A DNA stretch of 64,000 nt from Octopus bimaculoides (Eukaryota): the NCBI RefSeq assembly GCF_001194135.2, contig NC_068988.1, positions 60,617,632 through 60,681,631 on the forward strand, given 5' to 3'. Positions 38,088 through 51,265 of this stretch are shown piece after piece; positions within the stretch are counted from its first letter, which is position 1, and every line of letters begins with the position of its first letter. A program made the translations under genes and the position numbers. The notes beneath the pieces are model-generated. The model made no database searches. It worked only from the letters and a program-made list of their open reading frames with translations, and was not told the origin of the DNA.

Positions 38088-38864
38088 ACATATATTTAGA
38101 AATAGACACACACACACTCACACACATGTATGTATCTATGTATCTATATTACATATATGCGTGCATGTATATATATATATATATATATGTTCTTGAGGTT
38201 TATGTTCGTGTATATTATATATATATACACGAATGTTTGTATGTATGTATGTATGTATATATATATATATATATATATAAATTCATGTATCCAGAGTGAT
38301 TTACTTCTAGTTATATTTCTTATCCGAATAACGATGATGACGACCACCACGACCACCACCACCACTACCACCAACACCACAAGAACATAGACACATTCCT
38401 TTCCTCTTTTTAGTCTCCGAAACGTCATCACCACCAGCACCGTTGTGACGTTATTTCTATACTCCAGCACCCACAACACCCACAGCATCAGTTCATCAGA
38501 GTCTCCTCCTACCACCTATTCTCGCAATGAAGCACCAGTAGTAATTAATCGATCACAACAAGTGTGTAAAAGAGGTGGAAGGGGAAGGAGGGTGTGTACG
38601 TCAGCTACTGGAAGGGAGGGGATGAGGGTTGACGGTAGAGGAGTAATCTTTATCAGTCCATAACATTATGTCAAGTTCATTAACATATATTATACACAAT
38701 CTGTTGTATATGGCCTATTGGGAGGTGGGGCTATTTTCACATGCCGCGTGAAAATATCTATCTATCTATCTATCTATCTATCGATATACACACACACACT
38801 TGCATATACACACATTGAAACCTAACCCAAACTCACACTCACATATACATACGAACACTCACAC

Positions 38865-38910
<46 letters not shown>

Positions 38911-38933
38911 ATGTGTATATGTGTATATCTATA

Positions 38934-38988
<55 letters not shown>

Positions 38989-39544
38989 ATATATATACAT
39001 ATGTATATGAGTATGTGTATGTATTGATATTTGATATGTATATGTATATATATATATATATATGCATATGTATATGTGTGTGTGTGTTCGTATGTATATG
39101 TGAGTGTGAGTTTTGACGTGGATGTGTATATAAATATGCATATATGAACCTATTGGAGGAAATGTAGGTCTGTTTGTGTATATATATGCGCATACACATA
39201 AGTGTAAGTGTTTATATACATTCATCTCAATATTTTCATAGAAACACAGTATTAACCCCATTTATAATGCCTTTTTATTACATAGCATTCCTTTCCAAAA
39301 AAATTTTTTTATTGTATTTATATCATCCCATCTATTCCAAAATCTACACTCTGAATTTTCCTTCCCTCTCTCTCTCTCTCTCTTTCTCTCTTTTTTTTCT
39401 CTTCCTTCCTTTTTTGTCCTAAGTACTATCTGGTAGCGTCCACATCTCTAACGGTTTTTTCAAATGAATTACGTTATAACCTTATCCAACTATAGTTCTC
39501 ATACTCGGTCAAAATGTCTTACGTTTAAGATGATCCCCATACAT

Positions 39545-39628
39545 TTCCCTGAGGAGAAGTTTACATTTTTAACATCGACGATTCCTATGGATCGCATAAA
39601 TTGTAATTCTTCGAAACATATGTCGGAA
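39545..39628 (+). ncRNA. Type I hammerhead ribozyme with intact catalytic core, in a PLE-like terminal repeat
   Basis: TTCC-CTGAGGA(39549-55)-GAAG..long stem II..CTTC-GAAA(39613-16)-CATATG-TC^GGAA. Stem I TTCC/GGAA, palindromic stem III ACATATGT, GUC cleavage triplet (after 39624). Confidence 0.85.
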
Positions 39629-40245
39629 TAAATTATGTAGTTATAACATGCGTTCACTCCATTCCTTAAATTTACATATACTCAAATACCCAAAATATCA
39701 AGGAGTTTCTGCCTCAAAAACAGGAATTACAGCACGGTTATTTTGTGATCTTTGCTACCCTGGTTTCTATTAACCCATTTATTCTATCCGAATTATTATT
39801 AATTAGGATAAAATAAATACATATAATTTAAATANNNNNNNNNNNNNNNNNNNNNNNNNNNNNNNNNNNNNNNNNNNNNNNNNNNNNNNNNNNNNNNNNN
39901 NNNNNNNNNNNNNNNNNNNNNNNNNNNNNNNNNNNNNNNNNNNNNNNNNNNNNNNNNNNNNNNNNNNNNNNNNNNNNNNNNNNNNNNNNNNNNNNNNNNN
40001 NNNNNNNNNNNNNNNNNNNNNNNNNNNNNNNNNTATTCGGCTCTTTACGTCTTGACAGACAGTCTAAGAAGCGGAGAATGTCTTAAATATTCATATTCTT
40101 TTTCCTCTAGTTTCTCTCATAGCTGATCCTTCCTATGTTTGGTGAAAAAGTGCTACTGCAAATCTGCAAATCTGCAAGCAAGGAAGGTGCTGCAGAGCTT
40201 CAGTGAGTTGCCTTTATTTTTGGGGATGGGTATATACATATATGA

Positions 40246-40308
<63 letters not shown>

Positions 40309-41439
40309 TGTATGTATTATGTATTATGTGGGTGTGTGTGTATACATATATATATATATAATTATGTGTATATGTGTGTATACGTATATATCTATATAGA
40401 TATATAAATATACATCACGCGAGAGAGATAGAGAGAAACAGAGAGAGAGAGAGAGGGGAAAGCAGAGAGAGAGAGTGGAGGAAGAAAGACAGAAAGAGAA
40501 TATATATACATATACATATATATATATATATATATATANNNNNNNNNNNNNNNNNNNNNNNNNNNNNNNNNNNNNNNNNNNNNNNNNNNNNNNNNNNNNN
40601 NNNNNNNNNNNNNNNNNNNNNNNNNNNNNNNNNNNNNNNNNNNNNNNNNNNNNNNNNNNNNNNNNNNNNNNNNNNNNNNNNNNNNNNNNNNNNNNNNNNN
40701 NNNNNNNNNNNNNNNNNNNNNNNNNNNNNNNNNNNNNNNNNNNNNNNNNNNNNNNNNNNNNNNNNNNNNNNNNNNNNNNNNNNNNNNNNNNNNNNNNNNN
40801 NNNNNNNNNNNNNNNNNNNNNNNNNNNNNNNNNNNNNNNNNNNNNNNNNNNNNNNNNNNNNNNNNNNNNNNNNNNNNNNNNNNNNNNNNNNNNNNNNNNN
40901 NNNNNNNNNNNNNNNNNNNNNNNNNNNNNNNNNNNNNNNNNNNNNNNNNNNNNNNNNNNNNNNNNNNNNNNNNNNNNNNNNNNNNNNNNNNNNNNNNNNN
41001 NNNNNNNNNNNNNNNNNNNNNNNNNNNNNNNNNNNNNNNNNNNNNNNNNNNNNNNNNNNNNNNNNNNNNNNNNNNNNNNNNNNNNNNNNNNNNNNNNNNN
41101 NNNNNNNNNNNNNNNNNNNNNNNNNNNNNNNNNNNNNNNNNNNNNNNNNNNNNNNNNNNNNNNNNNNNNNNNNNNNNNNNNNNNNNNNNNNNNNNNNNNN
41201 NNNNNNNNNNNNNNNNNNNNNNNNNNNNNNNNNNNNNNNNNNNNNNNNNNNNNNNNNNNNNNNNNNNNNNNNNNNNATATAAAGAAATCATTAGTTAAAG
41301 TTTAAAAATTATTATTATCTATATGTTGAAATATATTATTTAAATATTGAAATTATCATTCAAATGCTGAAATTACAATTTAAATCTTAGAAGTTGTAAT
41401 TTAAATCATAGAAATTGTATGAAATTATTATAACCAAAG

Positions 41440-41760
41440 ACGCAGGCGTGACTGTGCGGTAAGAAGTTTGCGTCCTAACCAAATGGTTCCGAGTTCAGTC
41501 CCACTGCGTTGCACCTTGGGCAAGTGTATGTATGTATGTGTATGTGTTTTTGCGTCTGTGCTTGTCCCTCCATCACCGCTTGGCAACCGGTGTTGGTGTG
41601 TTTACGTCCCTGTAACTTAGTGGTTCGGCAAAAATTACCAGTAGAATAAGTATTACGCTTAAGAAATTAATCCCTGAGGTGAATTTGCTCGACTAAAACC
41701 TTTCAAGGCGGTGCGGTAGCGTGGCCGCAGTGAAATGACTAAAACAAGTACAAGAATAAT
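41440..41760 (+). mobile_element. SINE family A with internal deletion
   Basis: A head and CORE to CACCTTGGGCAAGTG, then TG microsatellite and 3' half ending ATGACTAAAACAAG. Confidence 0.85.
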
Positions 41761-42237
41761 AGAATAAAAGAATCTATGTATCATTCTTAATGTATATACA
41801 CCACTGACAGGCTACTTACTGCAGTAGTTTTCCTGAGATAACAACTCTGTTAAATGTTAAATATTGTTATTCTTTATTGAGAGGATGGTAAAAATGCAGC
41901 GTCTTTAACCTTCGCACAACATCTAAGATTTTAGACAGAAATAATGAAATGATGAAAAAAGAAAATGAAAGAAAGAAAGCAAGTATACACGGTGTACACT
42001 GAAAAAGAAGGGATATATGCATAGCATACATAAAGGGCAGATGATAGAGATGTGACACTCTTCATACAGCAAGGCCTCTAGGGACACTCACAAGACCCTG
42101 CTGTTCAAGATTTTCCTGAAACCCCAGGTGTAAGTGCCCTGTCCAATTCCTTCTCACCGACTCACAGGTCTACTACCATCTACTCTTACCATTTTCGCAA
42201 CTTTCACCCCAATAATAATAATAATAATAATAATAAC

Positions 42238-42279
<42 letters not shown>

Positions 42280-42319
42280 TCTATAGGCAGAAGGCTTGAA
42301 ATTTTGGGTGGATTCAGAC

Positions 42320-42440
42320 AACAGATAAATATCTATTTGATAGAAAGTATTTATTAAGCGATACAGTATACAGAACGGAAGAAGAATCGGCAAAGTGTAA
42401 TAGTTAAGGCATATATCACTTTAGCTGAAAATTTATTTAT
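42320..42440 (+). mobile_element. Penelope-like GIY-YIG N-terminal fragment, paralogue of 45710-45835
   Basis: KYLFDRKYLLSDTVYRT..KAYITLAEN; aligns with 45710-45835. Confidence 0.5.
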
Positions 42441-42599
42441 TGTTAATTACATCGATCCCAGTGTTCAAGTGGTACTGATTTCGTCGAACACGAAAGGAAA
42501 GACAAAGCTGACTTCTTCGGCATTTGAACTCAGAACGTATGGGGCCAGAATGGATAATACCGTAAGCCATTTATCCGATGTTCCATATAATTCTGCAAG

Positions 42600-44511
42600 A
42601 AGAAAAAAAAAGAAGAAGAAGAAGAAGAAGAAGAAGAAGAAGAAGAAGAAGAAGNNNNNNNNNNNNNNNNNNNNNNNNNNNNNNNNNNNNNNNNNNNNNN
42701 NNNNNNNNNNNNNNNNNNNNNNNNNNNNNNNNNNNNNNNNNNNNNNNNNNNNNNNNNNNNNNNNNNNNNNNNNNNNNNNNNNNNNNNNNNNNNNNNNNNN
42801 NNNNNNNNNNNNNNNNNNNNNNNNNNNNNNNNNNNNNNNNNNNNNNNNNNNNNNNNNNNNNNNNNNNNNNNNNNNNNNNNNNNNNNNNNNNNNNNNNNNN
42901 NNNNNNNNNNNNNNNNNNNNNNNNNNNNNNNNNNNNNNNNNNNNNNNNNNNNNNNNNNNNNNNNNNNNNNNNNNNNNNNNNNNNNNNNNNNNNNNNNNNN
43001 NNNNNNNNNNNNNNNNNNNNNNNNNNNNNNNNNNNNNNNNNNNNNNNNNNNNNNNNNNNNNNNNNNNNNNNNNNNNNNNNNNNNNNNNNNNNNNNNNNNN
43101 NNNNNNNNNNNNNNNNNNNNNNNNNNNNNNNNNNNNNNNNNNNNNNNNNNNNNNNNNNNNNNNNNNNNNNNNNNNNNNNNNNNNNNNNNNNNNNNNNNNN
43201 NNNNNNNNNNNNNNNNNNNNNNGAGGAGGAGGAAGAAGAAGAAGAAGAAGAAGAAGAAGAAGAGGAGGAGGAGGAAGAAGAAGAAGAAGAAGAGGAGGAG
43301 GAAGAACAAGAAGAAGAAGAGGAGGAGGAGGAGGAGGAAGAAGAAGAGAAGGAGGAGGAGGAGGAAGAAGAAGAAGACGAAGAAGAAGACGAAGAAGAAG
43401 ACGAAGAAGAAGAGAAGGAGGAGGAGGAGGAGGAAGAGGAAGAAGAAGAAGAAGAAGAAGAAGAAGAAGAAGAGGAGGCAGAAGAAGAAGAAGTAGAAGA
43501 AGAAGAAGAGGAAGAAGAAGAAGAAGAGAAGGAGGAGGCAGAAGAAGAAGTAAAAGAAGAGGAAGAAAAGAAGGGGAAGAAGGACAAGAAGAAGAAGGGG
43601 AGGAGGAGGAGGNNNNNNNNNNNNNNNNNNNNNNNNNNNNNNNNNNNNNNNNNNNNNNNNNNNNNNNNNNNNNNNNNNNNNNNNNNNNNNNNNNNNNNNN
43701 NNNNNNNNNNNNNNNNNNNNNNNNNNNNNNNNNNNNNNNNNNNNNNNNNNNNNNNNNNNNNNNNNNNNNNNNNNNNNNNNNNNNNNNNNNNNNNNNNNNN
43801 NNNNNNNNNNNNNNNNNNNNNNNNNNNNNNNNNNNNNNNNNNNNNNNNNNNNNNNNNNNNNNNNNNNNNNNNNNNNNNNNNNNNNNNNNNNNNNNNNNNN
43901 NNNNNNNNNNNNNNNNNNNNNNNNNNNNNNNNNNNNNNNNNNNNNNNNNNNNNNNNNNNNNNNNNNNNNNNNNNNNNNNNNNNNNNNNNNNNNNNNNNNN
44001 NNNNNNNNNNNNNNNNNNNNNNNNNNNNNNNNNNNNNNNNNNNNNNNNNNNNNNNNNNNNNNNNNNNNNNNNNNNNNNNNNNNNNNNNNNNNNNNNNNNN
44101 NNNNNNNNNNNNNNNNNNNNNNNNNNNNNNNNNNNNNNNNNNNNNNNNNNNNNNNNNNNNNNNNNNNNNNNNNNNNNNNNNNNNNNNNNNNNNNNNNNNN
44201 NNNNNNNNNNNNNNNNNNNNNNNNNNNNNNNNNNNNNNNNNNNNNNNNNNNNNNNNNNNNNNNNNNNNNNNNNNNNNNNNNNNNNNNAGAAGAAGAAAAA
44301 GAAGAAGAAGAAGAAAAAGAAGAAGAAGAGGAGGAGGAGGAGGAGGAGGTGGAGGAGGAAGAAAAAGAAGAGGAGGAGGAGGACGCAGAAGAAGAAGAAG
44401 AAGAAGAAGAGGAGGAAGAAGAAGTAGAAGAGGAGTAGGAGGAGGAAGAAGAAGTAGAAGAGGAGTAGGAGGAGGAGGAAGAAGAAGAAGACGAAGAAGA
44501 AGAAGAAGAAG

Positions 44512-44543
<32 letters not shown>

Positions 44544-44660
44544 GAAGAGGGAGAAGAAGAGGAAGGAGAAGAAAAAGAAGGAGAGGAGGAGGAAGAATAA
44601 GAAGGAGAGAAGGAGGAAGAAGAAGGAGGAGAGGAGGAGGAGAGAGGGAAGAAGAATGGA
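42600..44660 (+). repeat. Large (GAA)/(GGA) purine microsatellite complex spanning two gaps
   Basis: Directly visible; source of the 650-740 aa pseudo-ORFs. Confidence 0.97.
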
Positions 44661-45004
44661 AAGAAAAATTGAATAAAGTGGAAACATATTCGCTCTATAT
44701 TAATACTAATAAAGTAAGTTTCCAGACGTAAAGAATACAAACAAGGAAGAGTGTTATTGCATGTCGGAGATCATTGAGGACACAGCCAGTCGTCACGGTA
44801 TAAACTTCGTCCGGATACAATCATTTTAAATATAAAATATCCAAGACAATAAAATTTTATGGTATGCACCTGTACCTATACAGTTACTACAACATCATCA
44901 GGAGTGAGGATTTATTTTCGTGATCATCATGTAAGAACTAACTATATGTGTGAAAGTTTCGGTACATTGCAATAATAAATTTCTTAAATCGGCCGATTTT
45001 TTAA

Positions 45005-45061
<57 letters not shown>

Positions 45062-45078
45062 GTCTGTCTGTCTGTGTG

Positions 45079-45133
<55 letters not shown>

Positions 45134-45271
45134 GTGTCTCTCTGTGTCTGTTGCCTGTTTGTCTATCTATCTGTCAATATGTTTGTATATGTGCGTACAT
45201 GACTGTGCTTTTGTGAGTGATTGCGTGTAATGTGTGTGTGTGTGCGCACATATATGCTTGTGCTTGTGTGT

Positions 45272-45314
<43 letters not shown>

Positions 45315-45489
45315 TTTCTGTGCGTATGTGCATGCGTTTGCATTTCCATCGTTCTGGTATATTCTCTAGTTCTCATGAAAGCACTGATTGAGTATTTAAC
45401 CACACTATCCCATACTACGAGTGAGATCTAGAACTAGAAGGGCCTTTAACACCAAACTGAAATACGTAAAACAACCCACATCAAAAATA

Positions 45490-45835
45490 TCAACTAGAAA
45501 ATGATTTGGTTCAATCCGCCTCATAATTTAATCTGCACAATTCTTGCGTACACTGATTTATACGTACATTCCTGTTTCACAGTGATATCACAAAGTTTTC
45601 AACAGAATTTCTGCTACGATTATCTATAACTGTACAGATAAGAGGATTATATTACAAATCTCAAATGAAAACCAAAATCCTATAAACATTACACGATCAA
45701 AATGCAATCAGATAACAAATAAATATCCATATGATAGGAAGTACTTGTCAAAAGATACGATATACAGAGCGGAGGAAGAGTCGGCAGATTATATAGTTAA
45801 GGTATATATCATTTTAGCTGAAAATTTGTTTATTT
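45490..45835 (+). mobile_element. Penelope-like linker + GIY-YIG start fragment
   Basis: RKMIWFNPPHN, FNRISATIIYNC, KYPYDRKYLSKDTIYRA, KVYIILAEN. Confidence 0.65.
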
Positions 45836-46012
45836 TATTTTTGTTTCAGTCACTGGATTGCGGCTATGCTGAGGCACCGTCTTGACAGGGTTTAATCGAA
45901 GAAATTGATCCCAATACTTGTTTTTAATCTGCTGCTTATTCTACTGTGCTTTTTTTCCCCCGAAACTGCTAAGTTACCGATAGTAGTGGGGACAAGCACA
46001 AATGCAAACGCG

Positions 46013-46068
<56 letters not shown>

Positions 46069-47048
46069 NNNNNNNNNNNNNNNNNNNNNNNNNNNNNNNN
46101 NNNNNNNNNNNNNNNNNNNNNNNNNNNNNNNNNNNNNNNNNNNNNNNNNNNNNNNNNNNNNNNNNNNNNNNNNNNNNNNNNNNNNNNNNNNNNNNNNNNN
46201 NNNNNNNNNNNNNNNNNNNNNNNNNNNNNNNNNNNNNNNNNNNNNNNNNNNNNNNNNNNNNNNNNNNNNNNNNNNNNNNNNNNNNNNNNNNNNNNNNNNN
46301 NNNNNNNNNNNNNNNNNNNNNNNNNNNNNNNNNNNNNNNNNNNNNNNNNNNNNNNNNNNNNNNNNNNNNNNNNNNNNNNNNNNNNNNNNNNNNNNNNNNN
46401 NNNNNNNNNNNNNNNNNNNNNNNNNNNNNNNNNNNNNNNNNNNNNNNNNNNNNNNNNNNNNNNNNNNNNNNNNNNNNNNNNNNNNNNNNNNNNNNNNNNN
46501 NNNNNNNNNNNNNNNNNNNNNNNNNNNNNNNNNNNNNNNNNNNNNNNNNNNNNNNNNNNNNNNNNNNNNNNNNNNNNNNNNNNNNNNNNNNNNNNNNNNN
46601 NNNNNNNNNNNNNNNNNNNNNNNNNNNNNNNNNNNNNNNNNTTGATTGCTGTACTTGTTTGTTTTAGTTTCCAAGATTTCCTGTGAAAACAAAAGCAAGG
46701 AAAGACAAGAGAAAAAACAAAAGCTGTGTTGATACAAATTAAAAGGTGTGTTTAAACAGTTCTTTATGAAAATATTTGTCTTTTCTTTACCCGTTATCCC
46801 ACCCAGGTTCATATGTAAGAATTGTAAAACAAAAGCAGAAACCTGACGACTACTGGTTTACCGCGCGGAAAACACGAAATATCAAAGAGGCATTGGCGAG
46901 GAAAATACAAAACAATGCAAAAAACAAAAACAATAAACAGCAAACAACAATAACAAAAAAAAACAACAAAAAACAATCATGTTGCTTCCTCCAATGAATG
47001 ATCCAACTTAAAGTACTGGAATTCACTTTCCTAGAGTGCGCTAAACAT

Positions 47049-47059
47049 TATTATTATTA

Positions 47060-47157
<98 letters not shown>
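47049..47157 (+). repeat. Compound (TTA)n(GTA)n microsatellite
   Basis: Directly visible. Confidence 0.95.
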
Positions 47158-47158
<1 letters not shown>

Positions 47159-48073
47159 TCGTTCTTGCTGTTTCTGAACATTCCAGATATGTACCTCATC
47201 AAAAGTTCAACCGTTCTATCAAGGAAGCTTGTGATACAAAGCAGAAAATCGCAAGTGCTTCATGAAGTATTATGGAGGTTTTCTGCAATGCAAAATGCTG
47301 GCAAAAAGCTACACCCAAGTTTCTGCACTTGAAAAAAGGAGAAAGAGAAAGAAGGATGCAACCAATAGAAGATAGCAAGCAGTAGGAACAATAATGACGA
47401 CTACTACGACAACAGCAATAGTGCAATAGCTGGCATCTAAGATACAAAGACGGGGTCACAACAGAAAGGTATTGCTGCCAACGTACCATTAGTTCCTGTT
47501 TCGAAGTAGTCCTGGAAAAATGTTAAAATCAGTTCCTTATAAGCAGTGCTTGAATCCCATTGGTGAAGATGCTTTCGTCCTGCTGCAATTTCGGCTGGTT
47601 ATACTCGAGATCGCTCCAATCTGGCCAACTCCAAGGAAAAACTAAACTAAGAGCATTAGATTCCTTGGAAGAAAGCAGCGAATGTATACGAAAACAAGAA
47701 CGGGAAAAAAAGGAGAATGTTACACAAATACAAATCCCAAAAATAGGACATAACAACAGGTGTCGTGTGTATATGTAAATATTCGAAGCAATGTGTCTCT
47801 TGTGTCAGTTGTAGGTGCACATGTGCGTATGTGTGTGTGTGTATATTTGGTTGTGTGTTCTGTGTCGTGTTGCAACGGGTTGTCTTGGACAGTGAATGGA
47901 AGTAAACACAAATACACACACACACACATGCACACACACACACATACACATACACATACACACACACACTCATACATATACATTCACATCGTGCATACAT
48001 TCGCACACACACACACATGCGCACACATAATTATACATATGTACTACGCATTTAGAGAGCGAACAGTCACTTA

Positions 48074-48107
<34 letters not shown>

Positions 48108-50439
48108 CAAACGCAAACACACACATACACAAATACATGCACACACACAAACACGCGCATATACAAGTAAAGGCAGGCACATGCTGAGCATACACAGCAT
48201 ATATAGTCAGATGATCAAACATATAAAAGTACATTCATAATAATAACATTCATCTGCTATACACACACACACACACACACATACATTATAGCCACACCCG
48301 CATACACTTGTTCAGAAATACTCACACACAGCAAACAATCACAAATACACATTCATACATACATAGATATGCATAAACAAACATGTACTTACACAGTCAA
48401 AACAATCGCATTCACATATAAACATACAAACAGATACACACAATAAAATGAGCACACATAAGTGCATAGAAAAGAACAGAACAGAAAAAGCGAGAGAGTG
48501 AACAAGAGTGATAGGGGTGGATGTAGGGAAAAGGGTTTGGGGAGAGAAGAGGGTTATGGAAGGGATTTGAACCAAGAAAGAATATGTATGTGTGTGTGTG
48601 TGTGCATGAAAGACGAGAGAGAGAGAAAGAAACGGAGAGAGGGAGAGAGAAGTAGAGAGAAAAGAGAGTGGGAGAAGGAGAGAAGGAGAGAGAAGTAGAG
48701 AGAAAAGAGAGTGGGAGAAGGAGAGAGAGGATAGACTGATAGAAAAATGTATAATTTAGAGTTAAAAAAAGATATGTCGACTGGGAAATATGGTGTATAT
48801 ACATATACATACATACATATATACATACACGCACACAAATACACGCACACATATATATATGTGATATGTGTACTCACATACACAAACACACATACAGTAT
48901 ATATGTATACAGAGAAAGAGACATGGGTGAGGTAGAAATCAAACCAATGGAAGAAAAATAAAGGGAGAGAATCGGGTGACCGAAAGAGGGAAGGCGAAGG
49001 CAGTCCAATATTTACCACTGACAATTAAATGTGAAATGTGAAGGAAAGAGCAACAAAAATATTTTAAAAAAAACAAACAAACAACCACCACCAACAACAA
49101 CAACAACAAACATCTAATAAAAAAATAAAAAATAAAAGCATACGCGTACAGACGAACAAATAACGAAAAAAATAATACTAAAAGTTTATTATGAATGCTA
49201 TCACTTACAACAGCAACCCTCAATTTTTACGCACTCCTACAATAAAACCCTTCTTCTTCTTCTTCTCCCCCCCCCGCCCGTCTTGACATGAGTCCTTTCC
49301 TCAGATGATGCCAGCCTTATTGTACAGACATTATACAATAATCATCCACGTTAGATGTCAATGAAGAAGATAAAATAAAATTTGAAAAATAAGCAACCAA
49401 ACATAACAAAAAAAAAATAACTGAAAAATTTTTGAAAACTCCTCCTCCCGAAAAACCCCCCAAAAATATAAGATGAACAATAAATAAATAGAATAAAGTA
49501 ATAAAATAATAATAATAAAAATATATGTTTCTATTCAGAACGTTGCAATTGTTTTATTCCGTTTTGGATTTTTAATTATCAGATAAAATATCTGTATTTT
49601 GTAGTTGATAAAATGAAACAAAATTATAAAAATTAAATTAAATTAAAAATAAAATATAAATATAAAAAAGAAAAACATAAGGTTTTAGTTTCCATGGGAA
49701 AGCTTTTATTTTATTGGTGAAAGAAGAAATGGTTGTGAAAAAAGATTTTGGCTTTTTGTTTTTGATATTAGTCTTCATTTCAAAACAAATCTATAAAACC
49801 CAAGAAACAAATAAACAAAACAAAACCAGCAAAAGAACGCGCCCCTTCTAAAGAAAAACAAGCGAGCATGCCCTAAACAATCGAATGTCGTGGGGTTGGT
49901 GAACCTTACGGCTAACCTTAAAATAACGGTTTGTGCAGTAACGTCTTATTGATTTACAATTGTGTGAAGCTGTCTGTATTAGATTTGTTGTTGCACGGGA
50001 GTACAATACAGAACTTAAAGATGGCAAAAGTCTCTCTTCCCCACCCCCACTTATTTCCTTTTCCCGTTAATCTGGAGGAGGAGTTTTGTAGGATTGTTTT
50101 CATACTGATTTTCATTATGAAGTCGCTGTAGAAATCATGATAACATAGAATCACTCTAGCAATTATGCCAAATGTGGTTGCTACGTGACCACAGATCAGC
50201 CTTCTTCGAGCAGACCTATGATCAAATTTACTCTTCCACGACCATCTCACATTTTAAAAATAAATGCAGGACTTCATTATATAATATGACCACTCCTTAT
50301 TTCAGATGGTAGGGTGTGATTTACGGGAGATATTGCTGCTATATCTTGCATGTCGAACGATCAGGTAGAGGCTCCTTTTATAGAGTCAGAAGATGAGTTT
50401 TGCCAATATAGAGTCACAGCAACTGCCATATTGATTTCA

Positions 50440-50850
50440 AATTATGACACAAAACCAGCAATTTCGAAGGATGGGCTAAGTCAACTGCATCGACCCCCAA
50501 TGTTCAACTGGTACTTATTTTATCGACTTCGAGAGGATGAAAGGAAAAGTCAACCTCGGCGGAATTTGAACTCAGAGCGTACAGACGGACGAAATGCCGC
50601 TAAAGTTTTGCCCGTTTCGCTTCTTATTTCTTTATTGTCCACAAGGGGCTAAACATAAAGGGGACAAACAAGGACAGACTAAGGGATTAAATCGATTACA
50701 TCGACCCCAGTGCGTAACTGGTACTTAATTTAGACCCCGAAAGGATGAAAGGCAAAGTCGACTTCGGCGGAATTTGTACTCAGAATGTAACGGCAGACGA
50801 AATACCGCTAAGCATTTCACCCGGTGTGCTAACGTTTCTGCCATCTTGCC
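50440..50850 (-). mobile_element. Two tandem family B SINE copies
   Basis: Repeated CGACCCC..AACTGGTACTTA..GGCGGAATTTG..CTCAGA..GACGAAAT.CCGCTAA; second copy keeps the CCACAAGGGGCTAAAC tail. Confidence 0.88.
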
Positions 50851-50951
50851 GCCTTCGCTGCAACTTCCATATTAAACATAAATTCAATATAGTATCGAAT
50901 TAAGTTAGACGTTATGTCTGTTGAAGCTCTGTCAGTATATCACCACTGCAG

Positions 50952-51156
50952 AGCGGTGAGCTGGCAGAATCATTAACAAAATGTTCAGTGGCATTTCGTA
51001 TGCCCTTATGCTCCGAGTTCAAATTCTGCCGCGAACGATTTTGCCTTTCATTCTATTGGAGTCGATAAAATAAATACCAGTTGAGCACTAGGGTCGATGT
51101 AATCGACTTACTCGCTTCCCCGAAATGACTTGTACTGTGCCAAAACTTAAGACCAA
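50952..51156 (+). mobile_element. SINE family B with 16-bp TSD
   Basis: TSD TATATCACCACTGCAG at 50936-50951 and 51157-51172. Confidence 0.88.
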
Positions 51157-51265
51157 TATATCACCACTGCAGTAGCTGGCTCAGTAAAGAGTAACTACAA
51201 CTGTAATGTCGATATAAAGTCATTGTCGCAGTCGTCGTCATAGTAATATAATATTTGTGTAGTAG

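Noticed and set aside
46843-46885. CTGACGA..GAAA as a hammerhead
   Set aside because: No stem II closing pairs or stem I/III complementarity.
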